Below, one piece after another: positions 37,649 to 48,177 of a stretch of DNA of 64,000 nucleotides (within the stretch, counting starts at the first letter, position 1; the number at the start of each line of letters is the position of its first letter). A program made the translations under genes and the position numbers. Location of the stretch: the NCBI GenBank assembly GCA_013001965.1, contig JABDLA010000135.1:1823-65822 (forward strand), read 5' to 3'. The notes below the pieces were generated by a model. That model saw nothing but the letters and a program-made list of their open reading frames with translations. It made no database searches and was not told where the DNA came from. Source of the DNA: Flavobacteriaceae bacterium. Lineage in GTDB: Bacteria > Bacteroidota > Bacteroidia > Flavobacteriales > Flavobacteriaceae.

Positions 37649-38593
37649 TTAGTCTCTTTTATTAACTCTCGGATTATCTTTTTTATCCGTTTTTTGTTTT
37701 CTTAATTTATCTCCTGCCAATTTGGTTTTATCAACCGATCCATCGGCCAGGCGTAAATATTGAATATATCCTCTTCCGCTGAATTCATAAAAGGTTCCGG
37801 AAGATGGGTGATACAGTTCGATCAATTCATCATTGATAACGCTCAATTCAAAATGTTCATTGTCAAAGAAATCATAATCTAGTGTTAAAGTTTTTAGGTA
37901 CATATTCCCACTGATATTCCCTACACCATAAACTCCGGTGTAATCCCAATAGAGATCAAATACATTAGTACCCACACTATCTTGTGAGCTTCTGAAGACA
38001 GAGTCATTACCACCGGCCAAAAACTGAAGGAAATTCTCATAATCAAATTCATTTATGACGCCAACCTCACTGGTATAGGTTTTTTCCCAGGCTTCATATT
38101 CTTGCAGGAAATAGTGGATGTTGTCGTAAAATACCATGTCATAATCAAAATTGCTACGCTGATACCCATGTAAGAAGTAAGAGGTGTCATTGAACGGATT
38201 ATACAGTTCTATGGTATTGTAATCGATTTGATACACGTCGAAGGTTTCCAGTCCGTCAAAATCATGAAAGACATCCAATATCATATTGTAGGCATTATAT
38301 GTGCCTATTGTAATGCCAAAACCACCACCCTGACTGCCTATACCTACCAGGTTATTATTAGCATATACAATACCGTTCCTGAAAGAAACCGTAAATGCTT
38401 TTTGTAAGAATGGTGTCTGGCCATAACCAATGGTTTGGTTTATGTCAACATACCATAACTCATATGAATTTAATAATTGATTCAATGAGATTGATGGAGT
38501 ATCATCAAAATCATCTACTAGAACTTCGGTATAACATGATGTGAATAACAGCGTTACCAAAGCAAAACCTGAAAGTAGTTTAATTGTTTTCAT
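37649..38593 (-). CDS. Hypothetical lipoprotein with internal duplication
   Basis: About 314 aa from MKTIKLLSGFALVTLLFTSCY, aromatic- and Asp-rich, with a basic C-terminal tail. Confidence 0.6.
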   Translation of the reverse strand: MKTIKLLSGFALVTLLFTSCYTEVLVDDFDDTPSISLNQLLNSYELWYVDINQTIGYGQTPFLQKAFTVSFRNGIVYANNNLVGIGSQGGGFGITIGTYNAYNMILDVFHDFDGLETFDVYQIDYNTIELYNPFNDTSYFLHGYQRSNFDYDMVFYDNIHYFLQEYEAWEKTYTSEVGVINEFDYENFLQFLAGGNDSVFRSSQDSVGTNVFDLYWDYTGVYGVGNISGNMYLKTLTLDYDFFDNEHFELSVINDELIELYHPSSGTFYEFSGRGYIQYLRLADGSVDKTKLAGDKLRKQKTDKKDNPRVNKRD

Positions 38594-38723
38594 CTGTCCG
38601 TTTTTTTGATTAAAATAATTTAATAGGAGCCTTTCCCAGATTGATATATGTTCCAATTTCAAATTGCATGCCAAAAATATAATACGCTCTTTTTCAGTTA
38701 TTTACAAAACATATTAAATTGTG

Positions 38724-38731
38724 TATTTTTG
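38724..38731 (+). promoter_or_regulatory. -7 box (TATTTTTG) for gpsA
   Basis: 24 nt upstream of the ATG at 38755. Confidence 0.45.
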
Positions 38732-38754
38732 AATCACAAATCAATTAAAGCTCT

Positions 38755-39756
38755 ATGGCATCCAATTTTAAATATGCCGTCATTGGTGGCGGAAGCTGGG
38801 CCACAGCCATTGTTAAAATGCTTTGCGAAAATCTCCCTGAAGTAGGATGGTATATGCGTAGCGAAAGTGCCCTGAATTATATTCTCAAACACAAGCATAA
38901 TCCCAGTTATTTGAGTTCGGTTGAATTTCATCTTGAGCAGCTGAAGCTCAGTAATGACATTAATGAGATTGCGAGTTATGCCGATATCTTGTTCTTTGTT
39001 GTGCCTTCGGCATTTATCCATGCCGAACTGGAGAAATTAAAGGTCGATATTAAAGATAAGGTTGTAGTATCAGCGGTTAAAGGTATTATTCCAGAATCGG
39101 GTTTATTGGTAGGCGAACACTTTCATGATATTTTCAAGATCCCATTTAAAAATATCGCGGTTATTGCAGGGCCCTGTCATGCCGAAGAGGTTGCCCTTGA
39201 GCGTTTGTCTTATCTTACCATTTCATGTGCAGACCCTGAAATGGCTCAGGAAATTGCCAATCAATTATCCAGTAATTATATCAAAACAAAAATCAGTGAT
39301 GATATCATTGGCACCGAATATGCCGTCATGTTAAAAAACATTTACGCCATTGCAGCGGGCATGGCTCACGGATTGGGTTATGGTGATAATTTTCAATCGG
39401 TGCTTATGAGTAACGCGATTCGCGAAATGAAACGCTTCATTAAGAAAATGCATAAAATGAAACGCAACATTAACAATAGCGCTTATTTGGGAGATCTGTT
39501 GGTCACAGGATATTCGGTCTTTTCGAGAAATCGCATGTTTGGCAATATGATCGGTAAAGGCTATACGGTTAAGGCGGCTCAAATGGAAATGAATATGGTT
39601 GCTGAAGGCTATTATGCGACCAAAAGTGCGCATTTACTCAATGAGAAGAACCAAAAGAAAACACGAATTCCTATAATCGAAACGGTTTATGGCATTCTCT
39701 ATGAAGGCAAAAACGCCAAAACAGAATTCAAAAAATTGACTGAAAAGTTAGACTAA
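38755..39756 (+). CDS. gpsA: NAD(P)H-dependent glycerol-3-phosphate dehydrogenase
   Basis: 333 aa with N-terminal GGGSWATA and a conserved GPCHAEEVA block. Confidence 0.92.
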   Translation: MASNFKYAVIGGGSWATAIVKMLCENLPEVGWYMRSESALNYILKHKHNPSYLSSVEFHLEQLKLSNDINEIASYADILFFVVPSAFIHAELEKLKVDIKDKVVVSAVKGIIPESGLLVGEHFHDIFKIPFKNIAVIAGPCHAEEVALERLSYLTISCADPEMAQEIANQLSSNYIKTKISDDIIGTEYAVMLKNIYAIAAGMAHGLGYGDNFQSVLMSNAIREMKRFIKKMHKMKRNINNSAYLGDLLVTGYSVFSRNRMFGNMIGKGYTVKAAQMEMNMVAEGYYATKSAHLLNEKNQKKTRIPIIETVYGILYEGKNAKTEFKKLTEKLD

Positions 39757-39758
39757 TA

Positions 39759-40778
39759 TTATAGCGCCGACCTAAACTGCTTAAGAAACCTCAGGTCATT
39801 TTCGCTTAATAATCGAATATCACTTATCTGATGCAATAGTAATGCAATGCGGTCTATCCCCATTCCGAAGGCAAATCCGGAGTATGCCTTGGAGTCGATA
39901 CCGCAATTATCCAGAACGTTGGGATCCACCATGCCACAGCCCATAATCTCGAGCCATCCTGTCCCTTTGGTCATTTTATAATCGGTTTCTGTTTCCAGTC
40001 CCCAATACACATCAACTTCGGCACTGGGCTCGGTGAATGGAAAATATGATGGTCGGAGGCGAATCTTTGATTTGCCAAACATTTCTGTAGTGAAATATTG
40101 CAGGGTTTGTTTCAGATCGGCAAAACTAACATTCTTGTCAATATAAAGGCCTTCCACCTGGTGAAAGAAGCAGTGGGAACGTGCTGAAATGGCCTCATTT
40201 CTATAAACTCTTCCCGGAGAAATGGTTCGAATAGGCGGTTTGTTGTTTTCCATATAACGCACCTGCACAGAACTTGTATGTGTACGCAATAATATGTCCG
40301 GGTTGGTTTGAATAAAAAAGGTGTCCTGCATATCACGTGCCGGATGATATTCGGGTAAATTCAATGCCGTAAAATTATGCCAGTCGTCCTCAATTTCAGG
40401 ACCCTCGCTCACATTAAAACCAATACGTGAAAAAATATCAATGATCTGGTTCTTCACTATGGATATAGGGTGTCTCGCTCCAATTTCGATGGGTTCACCC
40501 GGGCGTGAGAGATCTCCAAGGCTTCCGGTTGATTCTTCAGCAGCATCCAATTCCTCCTTCAGTGCATTTACTTTCTCCTGGGCCACGGTTTTTAGCTTAT
40601 TTATGGCCTGTCCAAATTCCTTCTTTTGGTCCGCCGCTACATTTTTAAATTCAGCAAAATAATCGTTCAGGATACCTTTCTTTCCGAGGTACTTAATACG
40701 GAACGCTTCGATTTCATCCTTGGACTGGGCTGAGAACGCTTCGGCTTCTTCTATAAGTTCTTTGATCTTATCTATCAT
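39759..40778 (-). CDS. pheS: Phenylalanine--tRNA ligase alpha subunit
   Basis: About 339 aa from MIDKIKEL, with class II motifs ([34 protein letters not shown]). Confidence 0.93.
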   Translation of the reverse strand: MIDKIKELIEEAEAFSAQSKDEIEAFRIKYLGKKGILNDYFAEFKNVAADQKKEFGQAINKLKTVAQEKVNALKEELDAAEESTGSLGDLSRPGEPIEIGARHPISIVKNQIIDIFSRIGFNVSEGPEIEDDWHNFTALNLPEYHPARDMQDTFFIQTNPDILLRTHTSSVQVRYMENNKPPIRTISPGRVYRNEAISARSHCFFHQVEGLYIDKNVSFADLKQTLQYFTTEMFGKSKIRLRPSYFPFTEPSAEVDVYWGLETETDYKMTKGTGWLEIMGCGMVDPNVLDNCGIDSKAYSGFAFGMGIDRIALLLHQISDIRLLSENDLRFLKQFRSAL

Positions 40779-40817
40779 GGCTGCCTTCAAAAAAATAAAG
40801 GTCAAATTTACTAAATC

Positions 40818-41186
40818 TTATGGGATAAATTCTGTTTGAAGAAAATAGTTTACAATGGCTTCTTTCATTAAAACACTTTGTTCGCCGGCTTTAAGATGAG
40901 GTAGTTTTTCGGTTGCATTATAATGTGGCCATCCTTGATCATCAACATAATCAAATTCGTAATAGCCATAAGGTTCTAATAATTTACAAATGGCAATGTG
41001 CATCAAATTGAGTTTTTCATCCTTTTTAAAGGAGCGATGTATTTGACCTAATTCCTGTACACCGATCAAATAAATTATCGCATCCAAATCCAGAATTTCC
41101 CCTTCGGCAAATTGTGCAGATAATTTGGTGACTACCAATTCCCAATTTTGTTTTAATACGTTGTCCCTGGCCATAATTGAGAACAA
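40818..41186 (-). CDS. Conserved hypothetical protein
   Basis: 122 aa ORF immediately upstream of pheS on the same strand. An alternative start at MARDN is possible. Confidence 0.55.
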   Translation of the reverse strand: MFSIMARDNVLKQNWELVVTKLSAQFAEGEILDLDAIIYLIGVQELGQIHRSFKKDEKLNLMHIAICKLLEPYGYYEFDYVDDQGWPHYNATEKLPHLKAGEQSVLMKEAIVNYFLQTEFIP

Positions 41187-41224
41187 AGTTACAGACTAAT
41201 AAAATAGTAACGAAACATTGTCGT

Positions 41225-41232
41225 TATATTTG
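41225..41232 (+). promoter_or_regulatory. -7 box (TATATTTG) for cvpA
   Basis: 18 nt upstream of the ATG at 41250. Confidence 0.45.
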
Positions 41233-41249
41233 TTACAAGACTATACATC

Positions 41250-41768
41250 ATGAATTTTTTAGATATCCTTTTGGGCGCATTATTATTATTTGGATTAGTG
41301 CGGGGATTAATGAAAGGGCTTTTTGTTGAAGTGGCCTCATTAGTGGCATTGATCGCCGGCGTTTACGGCGCGATTCACTTCAGTAATTTCGCTGCGGAAT
41401 TTTTAATGGATCGTGTAACCTGGAGTGAAAAAACGGTTAATCTTGCCGCTTTTGCCATTACATTCGTAATCATTGTTTTTGCAATTTCGCTGGCTGGAAA
41501 GGCATTAACCAAATTAGCAGACTTTGCTTCGCTGGGATTTCTGAATAAATTCTTAGGCGCCTTGTTTGGTGCCATAAAAATAGGACTGATATTGAGTGTT
41601 GTTCTCATGGTGTTTAGCAAAATGAATAAAACCATTCCATTTATTGGAGAAGAAGATCTGAAAGACTCCGTTCTTTTTGAGCCTGTCAAGTCTCTTGCTC
41701 CAATGATCTTTCCCAATATCCTAAAGATGGATGAAGAGATTGAAGAAACGGCAAAATCTGAGATCTGA
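41250..41768 (+). CDS. cvpA: CvpA family membrane protein
   Basis: 172 aa with 4 TM segments and N-terminal MNFLDILLGALLLFGLVRGLMKG. Confidence 0.82.
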   Translation: MNFLDILLGALLLFGLVRGLMKGLFVEVASLVALIAGVYGAIHFSNFAAEFLMDRVTWSEKTVNLAAFAITFVIIVFAISLAGKALTKLADFASLGFLNKFLGALFGAIKIGLILSVVLMVFSKMNKTIPFIGEEDLKDSVLFEPVKSLAPMIFPNILKMDEEIEETAKSEI

Positions 41769-41776
41769 TCAAGAGT

Positions 41777-42628
41777 TTAAGATAAGCTCAAAATATACTG
41801 TTTTGGGGTTGTTCCGTATTTCTTTTTGAAGGCTGTTATAAAATGGCTTGCTGTGCTGTATCCAACCATGTCACTTATCTCTGAAACATTGTATGTATTG
41901 GACAATAATTGTTTTCTGGCATATTCCATTTTATAATCAAACAGGAAATTAAAAACCGATTTTCCATAAATATGTTTAAACCCATCCTTCAAATTCGAAA
42001 TCGACAAGCCGATCTCGTTGGATATCTCCTGAAGTGATGGTGGTTCCGCCATATTATTAATGATCAATTGCTTTGCTTTTTTAATCTTATCAACATTGGC
42101 CTCATTGTTCAAAAAGGGACAACTTTGTTGATTCTCCCTGTTTCTGTCAAAATATAAACTTAAGGTTTCATAGGCCTTGGCTTTGACAAAAAGTTTTTGC
42201 ATACCATTGAGTTTTTGATCTTCTAATATTTGATTTAACACCAATATTTCCGAAGGTGATAGCTCTTTATCAAGGTAATATTTTTTATCCCTGTTCTCAT
42301 CATTTAAGAAGGGGATCAAATCAGCAATTCGAGAGAAGAACGAATGAAAGCGTTTAATGGCGACAACAAATATTAGATATCTCCCTTTAGGATTTAAATT
42401 TAAATCGATGGGAAGATTTTGATTCGGATTATAAAGCAATATCGATTTGCCAGATATAACATCTAAGCTGTAATGTGGTCCAAAATTTAATTTAGCGTTT
42501 TCATTAAGGCTAAAATGCAGTTGAATAAATGAATTTTCAACCGCCTTTTTATAACTCAAAATATCATTCGAGCTATTTGTCAATTGGATTATTTTAAAAC
42601 CGTCTTCTATCTCTATTTCATCGAACAT
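41777..42628 (-). CDS. AraC family transcriptional regulator
   Basis: 283 aa with a C-terminal double HTH (SLQEISNEIGLSISNLKDGFK...VGYSTASHFITAFKKKYG.TP). Confidence 0.88.
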   Translation of the reverse strand: MFDEIEIEDGFKIIQLTNSSNDILSYKKAVENSFIQLHFSLNENAKLNFGPHYSLDVISGKSILLYNPNQNLPIDLNLNPKGRYLIFVVAIKRFHSFFSRIADLIPFLNDENRDKKYYLDKELSPSEILVLNQILEDQKLNGMQKLFVKAKAYETLSLYFDRNRENQQSCPFLNNEANVDKIKKAKQLIINNMAEPPSLQEISNEIGLSISNLKDGFKHIYGKSVFNFLFDYKMEYARKQLLSNTYNVSEISDMVGYSTASHFITAFKKKYGTTPKQYILSLS

Positions 42629-42694
42629 ATTTTTTCGTTATTTTTTTAATTAATTCGTTTCGGAATTAAATCATTTTGCTTGAGTTATTCAGGG

Positions 42695-42702
42695 CAAATG
42701 TA
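42695..42702 (-). promoter_or_regulatory. -7 box (TACATTTG on the minus strand) for the AraC gene
   Basis: Plus-strand CAAATGTA 67 nt upstream of the ATG at 42628. Confidence 0.4.
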
Positions 42703-42721
42703 TTCATATTAACTATGAATA
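42701..42721. promoter_or_regulatory. Inverted repeat TATTCATA-N5-TATGAATA in the AraC / TonB-receptor divergent region
   Basis: 8-bp perfect arms overlapping the upstream edge of the AraC -7 box. Candidate operator. Confidence 0.35.
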
Positions 42722-42832
42722 TCACCAAAATGAGCAATTTTTATTTTTCCGATATTAATTTATCTTCCAGCGTTATTTTTTATAAAGTTAACCGATTATT
42801 TTCGCATAGATTTTAAGACCTTCTAACGAACA

Positions 42833-44923
42833 ATGCACCTTAAATCCCTTGTTATCTCATTTTTTATCTTCAGTTCACTGTCTAACGCCCAGGTTAGGCT
42901 GAAGGATACAGTGGTAGAACAAAAATTAGACGAGGTTATTTTAACTGCCACACGTACCTATAGGCAATTATCTTCATTACCATTACCGGCCCAAATTGTA
43001 AAACAGGAGGAAATAATGGCGATGAATTCAATGCGGCTCACTGATATTTTAAATGAACAACCCGGATTAGTAACCGTATCTGAATTTGTAGGAGGTGCAG
43101 GCATTCAAATGCAGGGTCTGGATGCACAATATACTTTAATTCTCATTGATGGTGTCCCCTTGATTGGACGATCGGCAGGAACGCTTGACATCAGTAGAAT
43201 TAGTGTAGGTAATATCAAACAAATTGAAATTGTTAAAGGAGCTTCATCTAGCCTTTATGGGAATAAGGCTCTTGGCGGTGTAATCAATATCATCACCAAC
43301 AAGCCCAAAACAGATTTTCATGGTAAGCTGTTTTACCGCTATGGTACTTTTAATACACATGATACCAGTTTAAACGCCAGCTTTAAAAATGATAATTTCT
43401 CATGGAGTCTTTTTCTCAATAGAAACAGTAGTGATGGATACCAGTTCCCTAATGCTGCGAACCTAAATACTGTAGATCCTTACAGCAATTATACCTTAAA
43501 TTCAAAATTGGGCTTCGATCTTACATCAAAAACAACAATTTTTGTTTCCGGACGATACTATATTCAGGATCAAATATATGCTCCAACACTTGAAGAAAAA
43601 GGTGAAATAAATATCTCCGAGTGGAATGCTCATTTAAAGGTAGAACATCATTTTAATACCAAATTGAGCGGTGATCTCGAACTATATGCGACGCGTTATA
43701 AAGCTGATGAGTATTTAAACTCCATTGAAAACGACTCCTTATTTAGCAAAAGTGATTATAACGAGCTGCTTCTGAGGCCGGAATTAAAGGGTATTTATAA
43801 ACCCTCAGATAAATCGACAGTTATCGCCGGTGTTGGATTAACGCATGAGTCTTTGGACCGAACTGATTTTTCAACAAAACCCATATTCAATTCCCCTTAC
43901 ATTTTTGCTCAATATGATGGAAAGCCGAAAAAAAACCTCAACCTTATTTTAGGAGTTCGATTTGATAGCCATAATGAATACGCTTCGCAATGGAGTCCAA
44001 AAGCTGCTATCCGTTTTAAATTAAATGATCATCTCGCTCTAAAAGGATCTGTAGGTTATGGTTTTAAAGCCCCTGATTTCAGGCAATTATATTTCGATTA
44101 TACTAATGGGTTTGTAGGCTATACAATTTTGGGATATAACACTGTTGTGACACGAATTCCGGAACTTGAGGCTCAGGGTCAAATTTCCAATATCGTAGTA
44201 CCGATTTCAGAATATGAAGACCGGCTAAACCCTGAGAATTCGGTCGCCTATAATTTCGGAATAACGTTTGACCCCATATCGACTTTGCAATTTGAATTAA
44301 ACCTGTTTAAAAACAATATTCATGATCTTATCGATACGCGTTTAATCGCTAATAAAACCAATGGTCAGAACGTGTACAGCTACTACAATGTAAAAGACGT
44401 TTATACAGAAGGTTTAGAATTTAATAGTTCATGGAAACCCTCAAATACCCTAAAATTTTCTCTTGGATATCAACTTCTTTTCGCAAAAGACAAAGCCGCG
44501 GAAGACGCTTTTGCAAAAGGGGAGGTTTTCGCAAGATTAAGTCCGAATTCACCAGCCTTTCAGCTTGATGAAGATGATTATTTTGGTTTGTACAACCGGT
44601 CACGACATATGATCAATCTTAAAGTCTTTTATAATTATGAGCCATGGAAATTAAAATCGAATATCAGGGTGAATTACAGAAGTAAATATGGATTGTTCGA
44701 TACCAATAGCAACGATTATTTAGATCGGTACGACGAATTTATCGAGGGCTATATGATATGGAATTGGGCGGTCAACAAAAGGATCAATAAACATTACGAT
44801 ATGGGTATTGGGATAGACAATATATTCGATTTCAAGGACCCTCCTTCTTCTTCGAATGACTTCCTTTTTATTGGAAACATTCCCGGAAGGATCATTTACG
44901 CAAAATTTAATATTCAATTATAA
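42833..44923 (+). CDS. TonB-dependent receptor
   Basis: 696 aa with a signal peptide and plug (LDAQYTLILIDGVPLIGR, IEIVKGASSSLYG). C-terminal barrel ends in aromatic-rich YAKFNIQL. Confidence 0.88.
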   Translation: MHLKSLVISFFIFSSLSNAQVRLKDTVVEQKLDEVILTATRTYRQLSSLPLPAQIVKQEEIMAMNSMRLTDILNEQPGLVTVSEFVGGAGIQMQGLDAQYTLILIDGVPLIGRSAGTLDISRISVGNIKQIEIVKGASSSLYGNKALGGVINIITNKPKTDFHGKLFYRYGTFNTHDTSLNASFKNDNFSWSLFLNRNSSDGYQFPNAANLNTVDPYSNYTLNSKLGFDLTSKTTIFVSGRYYIQDQIYAPTLEEKGEINISEWNAHLKVEHHFNTKLSGDLELYATRYKADEYLNSIENDSLFSKSDYNELLLRPELKGIYKPSDKSTVIAGVGLTHESLDRTDFSTKPIFNSPYIFAQYDGKPKKNLNLILGVRFDSHNEYASQWSPKAAIRFKLNDHLALKGSVGYGFKAPDFRQLYFDYTNGFVGYTILGYNTVVTRIPELEAQGQISNIVVPISEYEDRLNPENSVAYNFGITFDPISTLQFELNLFKNNIHDLIDTRLIANKTNGQNVYSYYNVKDVYTEGLEFNSSWKPSNTLKFSLGYQLLFAKDKAAEDAFAKGEVFARLSPNSPAFQLDEDDYFGLYNRSRHMINLKVFYNYEPWKLKSNIRVNYRSKYGLFDTNSNDYLDRYDEFIEGYMIWNWAVNKRINKHYDMGIGIDNIFDFKDPPSSSNDFLFIGNIPGRIIYAKFNIQL

Positions 44924-44941
44924 TCAAATTAATTTATACAC

Positions 44942-45574
44942 ATGAAAACAATCAAAGTACTTGCAGTATTAACTTTATTCATCACCTTAAATTCGTGCAC
45001 TAAGGACGATGATGTTCAACCACAGTTTCAAATTGAAACCAATACGGTTACCAATTTACACGCACCTCAAATTGGCGGAATAGATCAAATGGGAAATCCT
45101 CAACCAATCTCTGGGGAGTTTACCAAGTTTGACTTTTCAAGCGGATCAATCACTACAAGCGCAACCGAATGGGATATTGCTTTTAGAGCAACCTCTATTA
45201 TAATCAATGGAGGCGTTTCTTTTGAATCAACCGATGAACCTGAACGCAGTGGAAATGCAGCCGCATATATGGCAACAGGAACGATGGACATGGTCAATGC
45301 TGTAAACACCTCTTTATTAGAGCAAGATTCAGTAAACGGATATGTCTTGAGTGATTGGTATACTTATGCAGGGCCGCCTACACATTTAATTTCACCAACT
45401 GCAGGTAAGATATTGGTCATTAGAACCCGCGATGGCAAATATGCCAAAGTCGAGATCCTGAGCTATTACAAAGACGCTCCCGAAAATCCTGATGCCTTTG
45501 CTGATGAAGAACGTTATTATACCTTTAATTTCGTTTATCAGCCTAACGAAGGTGAAACGAGCTTTAACAATTAG
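44942..45574 (+). CDS. HmuY family lipoprotein
   Basis: 210 aa with a lipobox (LNSCT) and the block EWDIAFRATSIIINGG, 18 nt after the receptor gene. Confidence 0.7.
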   Translation: MKTIKVLAVLTLFITLNSCTKDDDVQPQFQIETNTVTNLHAPQIGGIDQMGNPQPISGEFTKFDFSSGSITTSATEWDIAFRATSIIINGGVSFESTDEPERSGNAAAYMATGTMDMVNAVNTSLLEQDSVNGYVLSDWYTYAGPPTHLISPTAGKILVIRTRDGKYAKVEILSYYKDAPENPDAFADEERYYTFNFVYQPNEGETSFNN

Positions 45575-45588
45575 AACATCTGTTAAAC

Positions 45589-45625
45589 AAAAAAATAGCC
45601 GCTAAAAGCGGCTATTTTTTTTTTG
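45589..45625. terminator. Bidirectional hairpin terminator
   Basis: ATAGCCGC/GCGGCTAT stem flanked by an A-run and a 10-T run. Confidence 0.85.
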
Positions 45626-45626
45626 G

Positions 45627-46259
45627 TTATACTAACCTTACTTTTCCAGTGGAAATATCATAGACACCTCCAACAATGGAGATCTCATTGTTATCTTCCA
45701 TCTCCTTGAGTATTGCGCTTTTTTCCCTAATCCGGTCTATGGTTAGCTTTACATTGTTTTCTACCGTTCTTCTAACCATTTCATTATTGGATGAATTCGC
45801 TTCACCATCAACTTCATTTGCCGATTGGCGAACTGCAGGCATGATGTTCTCTAACATCGCGGTAATATTGCCAAGTTCAACGCCATCGCAGGCCGCCTTC
45901 ACAGCGCCACATCCTTCATGGCCAAGTACCAATACCAGTTTGCTTCCGGCTGCTTTGCATGAATATTCCATACTTCCTAAGATATCGACATTTTCAAAAT
46001 TCCCGGCAACACGTGCTACAAATATGTCGCCAATGGCCTGATCAAATACCTGCTCAACAGGAACCCTTGAATCAATACAAGAGAGTACGACGGCCTTGGG
46101 AAATTGCCCTGATGCCGTTTGATCAATTAATGCTTTATTATCTATGGTTTGTGAATTGCTGTTCGTAAATCTTTCATTTCCTTCCATAAGGTCCTTTAAT
46201 ACTCCCGTTGGACTAAGGGTATCCTGAACCTCTTTTGTGATTGCTTTATTTTTTATCAT
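45627..46259 (-). CDS. Beta-class carbonic anhydrase
   Basis: 210 aa with zinc ligand motifs SCIDSRV and GHEGCGAV. Confidence 0.9.
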   Translation of the reverse strand: MIKNKAITKEVQDTLSPTGVLKDLMEGNERFTNSNSQTIDNKALIDQTASGQFPKAVVLSCIDSRVPVEQVFDQAIGDIFVARVAGNFENVDILGSMEYSCKAAGSKLVLVLGHEGCGAVKAACDGVELGNITAMLENIMPAVRQSANEVDGEANSSNNEMVRRTVENNVKLTIDRIREKSAILKEMEDNNEISIVGGVYDISTGKVRLV

Positions 46260-46261
46260 AA

Positions 46262-48127
46262 TTATTGTGTTTTAACGTTTACATTTTCTTTTATCCATTG
46301 TGCACACTCTTTGAAGTTATCAAAGATGTGTTCTTCCGGAATCAAATCCGGAATGATATCGATGCGTTCCATCATATAGCGCGGCTGTGGCAAGACGTCA
46401 ACTAAAAGTACAATATTCTCTTCTCGTTTTAAATCTACCAAGACATCTTCCAATGCATACAAGCCGGATTGATCAACATATTGCATCCTGTCCATTCTTA
46501 TAATAATAGTATGTGTATTTGGCGGAATCTGTTGCGCTAACAGTTGAAAATTACTGGTCGACCCAAAAAATAACGGCCCTTTAATATGCTTGATAAAGAC
46601 CTCTTCTTTAAGCCGTTCCGGAATACCGACTTCATCCTTCCATGCCTCTTCTTTAAAGGCCTTAACATCTGAACGCTCACCGGTCAAGTCGCCAATTTTT
46701 TTCATGAACATCAGAGAGGCAATAATAAGTCCTATACCTACTGCATATACCAAATTCCAAACCGAAGCTAATACAAGGACAACCAACATGATCACGACTT
46801 CCGAACTTATTTTAAGCGGTCCAATTTTCATGTCTCGTGGTAAACTAGGTATGGCCTTCAATCCCTTATAGTCCATCACGCCAATACCTACTGTAATTAA
46901 AATTCCCGCCAGAACTGCAGAAGGAATTTTTGAAGCTATTGGCCCTAAGGCCAAGAGAATAAACAGCAGCATAATCCCCGCTATCATTCCGGAAAGTTTG
47001 GTCTTTCCGCCCGACTTTATATTCACTACAGTTCTAATGGTTGCTCCGGCCCCCGGAATCCCTCCAAATACGGCTGCAATACTATTTCCTATACCTTGAC
47101 CAACCAACTCCTTATTAGGCTTGTGTTTGGTTTTCGTCATGTTGTCGGCAACCACACTCGTTAATAATGAATCGATAGCTCCCAATAATGCCAGGGTCAA
47201 AGCCGTGAATACATAAGGGGTGACATTGCCTAATTTAAAGCCGGTAAATATTTCGGTTACCGGATAGGGAAATCCTTCTGGAATTTGTTCAATCGGCCTG
47301 TAATTAAGTCCAAATGCCACAGCCGCACCCGAAACCACAATTAAGGCCACAAGCGTACTAGGAATCACTGAGGTAATGCGTTTGAATCCATAAATGATAA
47401 ATATGGTTGCCAAAGCCAAAGACAGTTCAAGCCAGTTAATACTTTTTAATGCTCTTGGAAGTGTCTTAATGGTGCCAATTACACCAGAGGCATCCTTAGC
47501 GGCCAAAGTTTGGGATTCGGCCAATATTTGTTCATCCGTAATTTGTTCAGCCCTGCTGATGGTTTCCTTGAAGTCTTCAAGAACCAAAATACCTTCACCG
47601 GCTTCTTCCTTCAGGATGTTCTCCAAAATAATTTCCTCGGCAATGGGTTTATACTGATTTACAAATTCTAGATCCTCTTTGGGATAATAACCAACAGACG
47701 GAAATATTTGAGTGATCAAAATGATAACCCCAATGGCTGTCATAAATCCAGAAACAACAGGATAAGGAATAAATCTTATGTATTGTCCTATTCCAATAAC
47801 CCCTAAACCAATTTGCATAAATCCAGCGAGTAAGAATACCGTGAGTATTACCGGAAGGGCTTTGTTCACATCACCATCATTTACTGCAATAATACCGGCT
47901 ATTACAACCATACTTACTGCCGTCATTGGCGCGGTAGGTCCAGAAATCTGAGTATTTGTACCACCGAACAAGGCCGCAAAAAAGCTTATGAAAATAGCTC
48001 CATAAAGCCCTGCTGTTGGCCCTAAGCCAGATGAAACACCAAAAGCGAGTGCTAATGGTAAGGCCACAATTCCAGCGGTAATTCCACCAAAGGCATCACC
48101 TTTAAAGTTTGAAAAAAAGTTCTTCAT
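46262..48127 (-). CDS. SulP family anion transporter with C-terminal STAS domain
   Basis: 621 aa with an N-terminal GD.FGG.TAG.VALP.A.AF block. Polytopic core, then a soluble STAS-like tail. Confidence 0.9.
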   Translation of the reverse strand: MKNFFSNFKGDAFGGITAGIVALPLALAFGVSSGLGPTAGLYGAIFISFFAALFGGTNTQISGPTAPMTAVSMVVIAGIIAVNDGDVNKALPVILTVFLLAGFMQIGLGVIGIGQYIRFIPYPVVSGFMTAIGVIILITQIFPSVGYYPKEDLEFVNQYKPIAEEIILENILKEEAGEGILVLEDFKETISRAEQITDEQILAESQTLAAKDASGVIGTIKTLPRALKSINWLELSLALATIFIIYGFKRITSVIPSTLVALIVVSGAAVAFGLNYRPIEQIPEGFPYPVTEIFTGFKLGNVTPYVFTALTLALLGAIDSLLTSVVADNMTKTKHKPNKELVGQGIGNSIAAVFGGIPGAGATIRTVVNIKSGGKTKLSGMIAGIMLLFILLALGPIASKIPSAVLAGILITVGIGVMDYKGLKAIPSLPRDMKIGPLKISSEVVIMLVVLVLASVWNLVYAVGIGLIIASLMFMKKIGDLTGERSDVKAFKEEAWKDEVGIPERLKEEVFIKHIKGPLFFGSTSNFQLLAQQIPPNTHTIIIRMDRMQYVDQSGLYALEDVLVDLKREENIVLLVDVLPQPRYMMERIDIIPDLIPEEHIFDNFKECAQWIKENVNVKTQ

Positions 48128-48177
48128 TTGAAAAAATATAGAAAGTTAGTATTAAAAAAATTGAATTTTAAGAATAT

